IMG/VR virus record: IMGVR_UViG_3300017991_000064
Location: 1 to 64,000 of that record
Strand: one strand, 5' to 3'
From: a virus
Length of the DNA stretch: 64,000 nt
Shown: positions 56,462-64,000 of the stretch, in pieces
Layout: every line of letters begins with the position of its first letter
Position numbering within the stretch: the first letter of the stretch is position 1
Notes under the pieces: model-generated
Database searches by the model: none
What the model saw: only the letters and a program-made list of their open reading frames with translations
What the model was told of the DNA's origin: nothing
Translations under genes and position numbers: made by a program

Positions 56462-57033
56462 TCCTTCCCCTCCTTTACGAACTTGGGAAGATAGATAAGA
56501 TTCAATTTGTTGATTCGATTACTAACTCCGTAGTAGATACTATAGGTCCATATCCTCTTCCGTACGAGAGCAATGTTGTATTTATCTCTCATGTCATTAA
56601 AGAAGGCTGCAAATCTTTCTACAACAACATTGCTGTAATGATCCTCTCCTCCCAAACAATCTTCTACCGCCTTAAGTGTAATGGGACCTATGAGTCCATC
56701 CATTCTTAGCTGAAGGTCATACTTAATGTTGAGACATTGTTGCATGAGACGAATGGATGTATGTGGTGATGCATTGTAGGCAAAGTCCATTACACAGATA
56801 TCTAACCCTGATGGTAACTCTGAGCATTTGGCCTTTTGCCATCGTGGCATGTATACCTCCTCGAATACTGTTGACATCCTCAAGGTTTTATTCTTAATCT
56901 GTTCAGCATACTGAGGATACGCTCGTGATGAAACGCCATACATTGTTGTGCCACCTGGATCATCAGGATCATTACTCCAGTATCCCTCAAATTCCATTAG
57001 AACCGGCCAAAATTTCTTTTCGTTCCCTCTCAT
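56458..57033 (-). CDS. Endolysin, glycoside hydrolase family 108
   Basis: EGYWSNDPDDPGGTTMYGVS, DFAYN, DGLIGPITL. Confidence 0.9.
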   Translation of the reverse strand: MRGNEKKFWPVLMEFEGYWSNDPDDPGGTTMYGVSSRAYPQYAEQIKNKTLRMSTVFEEVYMPRWQKAKCSELPSGLDICVMDFAYNASPHTSIRLMQQCLNIKYDLQLRMDGLIGPITLKAVEDCLGGEDHYSNVVVERFAAFFNDMRDKYNIALVRKRIWTYSIYYGVSNRINKLNLIYLPKFVKEGKE

Positions 57034-57055
57034 TGTGTCACCTCCATTTTATGTT

Positions 57056-57511
57056 TCATTCTGGTGTAAACCATTCTTTTATGATTTTTGACCAGGTAAG
57101 TTGATTACTTTCATTAGGCATTCCCATCACTAGATTCGTATGGTGTGAAAATAATTGGAGATACATATTATAAAGTGTGGTGGAATACATAAGCACTAAT
57201 GATCTGGGATTTAGCATGATAAACTGATCTAGAATAAATAGATCTGCCTTAACCTCATCCTTACTAAAATTCATCTCATGGGTCATAGCTGTTGAGATAA
57301 TTAATAGGTTAGGGTGGGAATCGGTAGCTTCATATATTGTATCAAAACGTTCAATCTCAAACTGTAGATTACAATTGATGGAACATACTTTGAGAAGTTT
57401 TAGAAAGAATTTGTAGTCTACATAGTCATCATACAAATCATCATAACCAGATTCAATAAAAACAGCAGTTCTGATAGAACCATTGGATGTTTCATTCATA
57501 ATGTTTAACAT
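57056..57511 (-). CDS. Degenerate receiver (REC-like) domain protein
   Basis: AVFIE...HPNLLIIST...VLMYST beta/alpha pattern; lacks the phospho-acceptor Asp. Confidence 0.4.
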   Translation of the reverse strand: MLNIMNETSNGSIRTAVFIESGYDDLYDDYVDYKFFLKLLKVCSINCNLQFEIERFDTIYEATDSHPNLLIISTAMTHEMNFSKDEVKADLFILDQFIMLNPRSLVLMYSTTLYNMYLQLFSHHTNLVMGMPNESNQLTWSKIIKEWFTPE

Positions 57512-57575
57512 ATCACCCCCATGATAATGGTAATTTTTAATACCTACCGAATTTCTGGGGCGATAGGAATAGCGG

Positions 57576-58271
57576 TTATATTTTTATCTGCCGTTTCCTA
57601 CGCTTCTTCTTTTTTCTCTTCTTTCCAACCCCGATACCAGGTGGATCCTTGTGTACAGCATAGTAACCTAAGGCTATGGCATCTGCTGTATCATGAGGAA
57701 ATTCATCAGGGTCTATGTCATACTCTGATGAAAGGATGATCTTAACAACCTGCTTAACCATGATCTCTTTTCTGAGTTTCTTATCCCTTAACTGATACTT
57801 CTTTGATTTGGATGAAAACTCTTTGGGAATCATAGCTCCTATATGTCTACTCTTAGCTGATGGTCCTACCTTAATCAGTTTCACTCCTGGAAAGTAGAGG
57901 TGGAAGAGTGAGAAGTAGAGACCATTGAGTTCAGCTAGTTGTGAGAGAACTTTCCTACCTAAGGTATAAATGTAGTCATCAATATATACTCTTGTGATAT
58001 TAGCATAGTGCTTTTTGACTGTAGAGATCCATCGGCGAATCATTCTGATGATAATCTCAGGTGTCATTCTCGAGACTCCTAATTCAACCTCTTTATCGAT
58101 CTCTAGGTTCTCGAAATGAATTGTGTAATGATCATAGTATGGTTTACGATCTTTCTTCCGTTTCTTAAGATTCAGATAACCAAAGTCAACGATTTCCTTG
58201 GTGTCCCAATCGAATATCGCAAATCCCATGTTATTCAAACCAGTATCTACCGCTAATACTAGATTACTCAT
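57576..58271 (-). CDS. RuvC-like Holliday junction resolvase
   Basis: VLAVDTG...GFAI, LAELNG, HDTADAIALG. Confidence 0.85.
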   Translation of the reverse strand: MSNLVLAVDTGLNNMGFAIFDWDTKEIVDFGYLNLKKRKKDRKPYYDHYTIHFENLEIDKEVELGVSRMTPEIIIRMIRRWISTVKKHYANITRVYIDDYIYTLGRKVLSQLAELNGLYFSLFHLYFPGVKLIKVGPSAKSRHIGAMIPKEFSSKSKKYQLRDKKLRKEIMVKQVVKIILSSEYDIDPDEFPHDTADAIALGYYAVHKDPPGIGVGKKRKKKKRRKRQIKI

Positions 58272-58272
58272 A

Positions 58273-58405
58273 TTGCCTCCGATGCTGTAATGTGGATGTA
58301 ATGATCATAATAAAAAGAGAGGATACCTGCTCAAAACCAACGATTCATCACAGGTATCCACAATACGGTAGGTGACAAACGAACCAAACCATTGATCGGA
58401 GGCAA
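58273..58405 (-). promoter_or_regulatory. Structured leader: terminator hairpin nested in an RBS-sequestering helix
   Basis: 11-bp IR 58273-58283/58395-58405; 9-bp IR 58321-58329/58351-58359 followed by TCTCTTTTT on the minus strand. Confidence 0.6.
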
Positions 58406-58414
58406 AACGACCAT

Positions 58415-58921
58415 TTAGATCTGTTCATCATCCGGTAGGAAAACATTTTCAATTGCTGAAATGGAGGCCTCGATTCGTGAAGCCATAGATTGGGCCTTGT
58501 CCATCATCTGTTCTCCGTTAGTGATTAGATCAAGAGCATTCATTATTCTTTTATGAACCTCACCCATATGAGCATTCTTAGGAATAATGGTAATACAATT
58601 TCTACCTCGTAGTTCCTCGAGTATGAAACTTTCTGAAACACAAGTGTAAATAACAACTGGGGTGGTTACTCCGGAGTCACGAAGTTCAATGAGAAAATCC
58701 AAGCCAGCTCTACTGTTACCATTGATTCGGATATCGAGCACCAGAAGATCATGTGTCTGAACTTTCATACACTCTCTTGCAGTGAGAACATCCATTGCCC
58801 AATCTACCTGGAGCTTTGCATAATCATCTGGTACTATTTCCTCCAGATATCTTGTCCAGATTCTTCTCATAATGTGTTCATCTTCCATGAATAGGATACG
58901 ATATTTTCCATCCTTTGTCAT
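58415..58921 (-). CDS. Response regulator receiver-domain protein
   Basis: RILFMEDE, DLLVLDI (phospho-Asp), GLDFL, PVVIYT, IIPK. Confidence 0.88.
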   Translation of the reverse strand: MTKDGKYRILFMEDEHIMRRIWTRYLEEIVPDDYAKLQVDWAMDVLTARECMKVQTHDLLVLDIRINGNSRAGLDFLIELRDSGVTTPVVIYTCVSESFILEELRGRNCITIIPKNAHMGEVHKRIMNALDLITNGEQMMDKAQSMASRIEASISAIENVFLPDDEQI

Positions 58922-58932
58922 AGTTTCACCCC

Positions 58933-59373
58933 TTAAACTCCAATGAAATACTTAATTAGAAGTAGAGAGACAGCACCAAGGATACCCCAAAGATACTTGG
59001 AGAAGTGTTCCTTAAAACGATGCTTCTTATCTTCCTTAGTCTCTCTAGCTTCAGTATTCTTTTGTACCTTCTGAAACAGGTCGAACTCGTTAATCTTTTC
59101 CATTAATGCACATTGTCCGGTCATACAGGTATGCATCTGTTTCTTTTCAAGGTCTCTAAGAACCTGACGAACAGATTTCTCAAACATCTCAATGTTGTGC
59201 TTGATGTTGGTAAACTCTAGTTCGTCATCTTTACTCTGCAATTCCATCTGATGAATCTTATTTTTAAGAGCCTCAATCCCCTCAAGGAGTTTTTCTAGTC
59301 TTTCAGGTAACCCTGACATCTGACCCATGAATTGATTCATCTTATCTTGTATTGTAATAGGATCACCTGGCAT
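58933..59373 (-). CDS. Coiled-coil protein with C-terminal TM helix
   Basis: 146 aa; YLWGILGAVSLLLIKYFIGV; AGGAGG RBS. Confidence 0.7.
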   Translation of the reverse strand: MPGDPITIQDKMNQFMGQMSGLPERLEKLLEGIEALKNKIHQMELQSKDDELEFTNIKHNIEMFEKSVRQVLRDLEKKQMHTCMTGQCALMEKINEFDLFQKVQKNTEARETKEDKKHRFKEHFSKYLWGILGAVSLLLIKYFIGV

Positions 59374-59407
59374 TCTAGCTATCCTCCTTTTCTTTCGTCT
59401 GTAGTTG

Positions 59408-59441
59408 TAAAGGGGGGGGCCAGCCCATTAGACCGGCCCCT
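59408..59441 (-). terminator. Terminator after tail fibre gene
   Basis: GGGGCCGGTC/GGCTGGCCCC stem followed by CCCTTT on the minus strand. Confidence 0.65.
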
Positions 59442-59455
59442 GGTAATTCATTCCG

Positions 59456-62400
59456 TTACGGGTTACTTGCTTCTGTTGCCGTCCATGTTATTTCTCTTGA
59501 ACCACCAGTATTGTCAACAACATAGTAAATGAACCCATCTTTATCAGCTTCCTGAACCCCAAATGAGCCACCTATATACATCCATGACATACCACTGTAA
59601 TATGATTTGGGAGTAATGGTAACTATAACATCATCACTACCAAATGCAGTGCTAAAAGAAACTTCTGTTGTTGTGTATGTACCCATACTGGCATTTATCT
59701 CATCTGTTCCACTCTTGACAGTAGGAATCACAAGTTCAACATCATCAATCTTGTATACACCAGTAATGTTGATATTACCGTCCACATCAAGAACTTCAGC
59801 AGGTGCAAGATCATTGATACCAACCTTACCCCCCATGATTGCCATAGTGCTTGCTTGTGTAAGTGTCGGTGTTGTATTATAGTCTAAACTGAAACCAATT
59901 GAATACTGAGCATCTGAATCCGTAGTACCTACAATTATTCCGGCTCCTAATGCTATAGAATTTGCACTTCTAGCCGTGTTAGATGCTCCCAATGCTACAG
60001 AATTTGCACCAGAAGCAGTTGACCCGCTTCCAATTGAAAGTGAATAAGCACCAGTAGCATCAGCCTGATTGCCAACAGCAAATGAGTATATGCCAGATGC
60101 TTTTGTGTTATATCCCAACGCATTGGAAAGAAAGCCGATATTGGCATCATCCCAGTCTGTAGATGAACTACGACCTGCTCTAAAAGCTCCTTTTGACTTA
60201 TCAAAGAAAAATCTATAGTCATGGTCAGAATCACCATCATCGGCAAGTTGCGGTGAACCCCATACAAAATCATCAGTTGAATATGTTACTTCACTGGAGT
60301 TTGCCCTGACAACAGTACCGGCTTTTTCCCAGTATGAAGTTCCACCGCCACCGGCAGCAAGTTCAGCAAGGGTTTTATCCCCTGTAACTCCGTCTGATAG
60401 TACAAGATTTCCACTGCCATCTTGGAATAGGTCAAATGAGCCAGAACCACCATGAAATGCCGTTGCTTCAATAGTTCCTGAAACTTCCAGTGTTCCAGAT
60501 GGGGGGTTGATTGTATCTGACCTCAAGGCTGTTGCTTCAACAGTACCACCTACAGAAAGCTCATATGAGGGAGTCAGGTCTGCAATACCAACCTTACCTC
60601 TCATAATTGCTAAAGTATTGTCCTGAGAAAGAGTTGAAGATGAAGCAGCAAGATTGATAAGCATTGAGTTATCTGCACTACTATCAACAGTAGCATTACA
60701 ACCCAAAGCAACACCATTACCCCCGTTGGCATTATTACCATAACCAAGAGCAACACCGCCCCAACCTGCAACCTCACACTGATAACCGATAGCAGTTGCA
60801 TAATTGTTTGTAGCCTGTGACTGATACCCCATAGCTACAGCAGCATCAGCGGTAGCATCAGAAGCATATCCAGCGGCAAAAGCATAACTGTCACTGGCAG
60901 CACAATCATCACCGAAAGCAGCCGACCATGATCCTCTGTTAGCATCATCCCAATTCACAGAGTTACAGTACCCAGCCCGGAAAGCAGCTTTACTATCATC
61001 AAAGAAAAACCGCCTGTCTTTGGTTGCGTGTATCTGTCTGTTAAGTGTTGGAGAACCAAACACAAAGTCATTATTGTAGGTTGTATCTGATTCCCTGACC
61101 ACATCTGAATCTTCCTCAAAGACACCACCTGCTACTGCTTCACTTGTCCATTCTCCAGAAGCATCATCATAGGTTAAAACATCATTATCAGAAGGATTTG
61201 ATACATCTACATCAGATAGATCATCAAGTGTTACTGATGAAAGTATTGTATTAACCTCATCCGTTAAACCTACATACTGACCCTCAAGATAAACAGCTTT
61301 CAAAGTACCTTCGACTTCGACTGATCCGGCATTAAGATAAAGTTTTTGATTTGCTACACTATTATCAAAAATACCGTAAATCAATGAAGTATCACGAGCG
61401 TTTGATTCACTATCACGAGGATAAATGTCAATAAAGAGTTTATTACTCCCCGTTTCATAATACCCTGCATCATTACCAAGAAAGATATTATTTGATCCGG
61501 TAGTGTTAGTATAACCAGCACGATAACCTAATGCTGTATTAGCATTACCAGAGGTAATATTTGTCAAGCTATTATACCCGATTGCAGTATTTTTATTACT
61601 ATTACAATCAGCTAATGCTAATGAACCTATAGCTGTATTCTCATCTCCGGTGGTCACAGTATTTAATGAGTTATAACCTACTCCAACATTACTGAACCCC
61701 TCGGTGATTTCCGTTCCAGCATAAGCACCTATTCCGGTATTATTATAGCCACTGGTAACATCTTGTAGAGTATAGCTTCCGATACCTATATTGCTCTGAC
61801 CCGTTTGAGTAAAATTACCAGCCTGAACACCAAGAAATAATGAAGACCCAGAACCTGTGTAAGTATGAAGCAATCTTTCACCATTCTGGGATATAACTCC
61901 TACATATTGCCCTGATGTAGTAGGTAAACTTGCATATCCAGTAATTTCAAGAGAATCAACCTTAACATTGCCAACATTATTATTGACAATATCATCTCCA
62001 TCAGCATCCCAATATGTAGTACCTGCTACTGCTTCACTTGTCCATTCTCCAGTTCCAGAGTCATAAACAAGAGCCTCACCGTCCTCTGGGGAAGCAACAT
62101 TGACATCACCAAGATCATTCAAGTCAAGATCAATAGCAGCAATAGCGGTTTCGATTGTGGAATCCGCTTCCGCTTTGGTATAGGTTTCTGATTCAGTGTA
62201 ATAACGATTGTCCAACTGTCCATTGTCAAGTTCCGTCTGCGTGTAAACCTCTGTAGAGTTGTAACTGTAAGAATCTATTACACCTTCAATCTCGGCATCC
62301 GTTCTGATCTTGCCATCAATGACAGCCTGAGAGTAGGTATATGCTTCGATGGTACTGTCTGTTTGAGCTTTAGTATAAGCATCAACAGCAGGAATAACCT

Positions 62401-64000
62401 CTGATGTCCACTCACCAGTTCCGCCATCATAGGTCAATACATCATTGTCACTTGGAGCAGAAACATTAACATCAGACAGTCCTGCAAGATCTTTGTTCCA
62501 AACTTCAACCGTCCACTCTCCGGGTGTATGTGCATATCTTAAATAAGCATCGTCAAAACCGGGATAAGTGCTTGCATCAACATCTGATAGATTGTCGAGT
62601 GATTGGAGTATGTAATTACCAGTTGGGATATATACTCCTGTTGTTGAGTCCTTTTGATACCAACCTTCTGCCATTGGTACACCTTTTGTATCATCAGTGA
62701 ACAATACTTGACTATTATCAGTAGTAATAGTTTCATCCCATGATGCACCATTATATTCATAGATATTTCCAGCAGTCCAACCGTTACCTGCAACTAAACA
62801 AGCATAACGATCACCTGTGGATGGTGCAATAGGAAGAATACCAGCAGCAACCCAAGCATTGAGGACATCAGGATATATAATTTGCTGTTCATCTTTGGTG
62901 TATACCTCAGTAGAGTTGTAGCTGTAGGAATCAATGATAGTTTCAACTTCTGATGTATTTGTACCACTTGCTATAGCTTCACTTGTCCATTCACCGGAAG
63001 CAGTATCATAAGTAAGAACATCATTATCACTGGGGGCAGAAACATTAACATCAGAAAGATCACCTAATGCATAGTTCGCAAGTGCAGTATCAATCTCAGA
63101 TTTACTGTATGCATAGGTTTCAATGGTGCTGTCCGTTTCTGCTTTTGTATAGGTGGTTGTCGTATCTGCCTTATCATCCAGCAAATTATCAGTTTCTGTT
63201 TGCGTGTAGACCTCTGTAGAATTGTAGGAGTAGGCATCAATGATATTTTCTACAGTAGAATCTAAATCAGTAATGGTGTCAGCCTGATTTACAATACCGT
63301 CATCATTAGTATCATAAGTAGACTTCTCCATATCACCTGTACCAATAGCAGGTTTATTGGTGACATTATCCCAGTGAAGTTGTGCCTGTCCTGATGTCTG
63401 CATATTTGTCTGTGTGTAGTAATCAGCAGGGTCAATATAAGCCTCAATGGTTGAATCTGTTTCAGCCTTTGTATACACATCTGAGGCACTAGCAAAATCT
63501 GATACAGCGGAACCACTATCCTTGATATTGCCAGAGGCATCAAGAGATACAAGGTTGTCCTCTGTACCTGCTGAAACTATATCTGCTTTGTCATCCAACA
63601 GATTATCTGTTTCTGTTTCAGAATAAGCATAGGTTTCTATTGTAGAATCTGTTTCTGCTTTGGTATATACATCTGTTGCATTGGCCTTATCATCCAGTAA
63701 ATTGTCTGTTTCTGTTTGAGTATAGACATCAGCTTTAGGATAAGCATAGGCTTCAACTGTTGCATCTACCTCAACCTTAGTGTAAGTAGTAATTACATCA
63801 GCTTTATCATCCAACAGATTATTGGTTTCAGTCTGAGTATAATAATCTGAGGGATCAATGTAAGCCTCGATTGTAGCATCTACCTGAGTTCTAGTATACC
63901 CCTCTGCCGTATCCAAGAAGTTTTCATCTACTTCTGGAGCCAACTTGTCCAGTGTAACTGCTGTATCCTGAATAGAATCAGTTACAACTGTATCTTCTGG
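59456..64000 (-). CDS. Long tail fibre / receptor-binding protein, 5' end outside window
   Basis: Frame open to the window edge; YTKAETD repeats, LxDLSDV...DVLTYD...EWTSE repeats, NTAIG and YadA-head-like (S.A.G) repeats. Confidence 0.85.
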   Translation of the reverse strand, partial: PEDTVVTDSIQDTAVTLDKLAPEVDENFLDTAEGYTRTQVDATIEAYIDPSDYYTQTETNNLLDDKADVITTYTKVEVDATVEAYAYPKADVYTQTETDNLLDDKANATDVYTKAETDSTIETYAYSETETDNLLDDKADIVSAGTEDNLVSLDASGNIKDSGSAVSDFASASDVYTKAETDSTIEAYIDPADYYTQTNMQTSGQAQLHWDNVTNKPAIGTGDMEKSTYDTNDDGIVNQADTITDLDSTVENIIDAYSYNSTEVYTQTETDNLLDDKADTTTTYTKAETDSTIETYAYSKSEIDTALANYALGDLSDVNVSAPSDNDVLTYDTASGEWTSEAIASGTNTSEVETIIDSYSYNSTEVYTKDEQQIIYPDVLNAWVAAGILPIAPSTGDRYACLVAGNGWTAGNIYEYNGASWDETITTDNSQVLFTDDTKGVPMAEGWYQKDSTTGVYIPTGNYILQSLDNLSDVDASTYPGFDDAYLRYAHTPGEWTVEVWNKDLAGLSDVNVSAPSDNDVLTYDGGTGEWTSEVIPAVDAYTKAQTDSTIEAYTYSQAVIDGKIRTDAEIEGVIDSYSYNSTEVYTQTELDNGQLDNRYYTESETYTKAEADSTIETAIAAIDLDLNDLGDVNVASPEDGEALVYDSGTGEWTSEAVAGTTYWDADGDDIVNNNVGNVKVDSLEITGYASLPTTSGQYVGVISQNGERLLHTYTGSGSSLFLGVQAGNFTQTGQSNIGIGSYTLQDVTSGYNNTGIGAYAGTEITEGFSNVGVGYNSLNTVTTGDENTAIGSLALADCNSNKNTAIGYNSLTNITSGNANTALGYRAGYTNTTGSNNIFLGNDAGYYETGSNKLFIDIYPRDSESNARDTSLIYGIFDNSVANQKLYLNAGSVEVEGTLKAVYLEGQYVGLTDEVNTILSSVTLDDLSDVDVSNPSDNDVLTYDDASGEWTSEAVAGGVFEEDSDVVRESDTTYNNDFVFGSPTLNRQIHATKDRRFFFDDSKAAFRAGYCNSVNWDDANRGSWSAAFGDDCAASDSYAFAAGYASDATADAAVAMGYQSQATNNYATAIGYQCEVAGWGGVALGYGNNANGGNGVALGCNATVDSSADNSMLINLAASSSTLSQDNTLAIMRGKVGIADLTPSYELSVGGTVEATALRSDTINPPSGTLEVSGTIEATAFHGGSGSFDLFQDGSGNLVLSDGVTGDKTLAELAAGGGGTSYWEKAGTVVRANSSEVTYSTDDFVWGSPQLADDGDSDHDYRFFFDKSKGAFRAGRSSSTDWDDANIGFLSNALGYNTKASGIYSFAVGNQADATGAYSLSIGSGSTASGANSVALGASNTARSANSIALGAGIIVGTTDSDAQYSIGFSLDYNTTPTLTQASTMAIMGGKVGINDLAPAEVLDVDGNINITGVYKIDDVELVIPTVKSGTDEINASMGTYTTTEVSFSTAFGSDDVIVTITPKSYYSGMSWMYIGGSFGVQEADKDGFIYYVVDNTGGSREITWTATEASNP

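Noticed and set aside
57576-58271. TnpB/Cas12-like RNA-guided nuclease with upstream guide RNA
   Set aside because: Only 231 aa with a contiguous RuvC fold and no Zn finger or REC/WED regions; the upstream structure is explained by a terminator plus anti-SD
1-64000. Stop-codon reassignment
   Set aside because: Conserved genes are full length under the standard code, all three stops are used, and the tRNA with anticodon UAG is a normal Leu tRNA reading CUA
59456-64000. Diversity-generating retroelement acting on the tail fibre
   Set aside because: No reverse transcriptase and no adenine-variable TR/VR pair seen in the window

Overview
This is a 64-kb internal segment of a large, AT-rich dsDNA tailed phage genome; no host genes, integrase, CRISPR array or reverse transcriptase are visible. 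It has three blocks. (i) 1-19.1 kb, minus strand: candidate internal head proteins with a shared N-terminal leader, a T4 gp20-type portal, a structured intergenic region, tRNA-Gln and about 40 small accessory genes. (ii) 20.1-54.9 kb, plus strand: replication, recombination and nucleotide metabolism (5'-3' exonuclease, RecA, SSB, UDG-fused family A DNA polymerase, primase, two helicases, SbcCD, sigma factor, ThyX) plus the large terminase. (iii) 54.9-64 kb, minus strand: tail fibre (runs off the window), two response-regulator receiver proteins, RuvC, GH108 endolysin and a holin-like gene. Highlights: a genome-protection cluster next to the polymerase (dCMP-type thymidylate-synthase homologue, dCTPase-like protein, kinase) with an AcrIII-1-like ring nuclease inside it; a four-box, fixed-spacing dispersed intergenic element in 4 copies; a ~300-nt structured RNA candidate upstream of the portal; and a reusable capsid-targeting-like leader that also occurs inside one protein. 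All calls come from motif recognition by eye; no searches were run.
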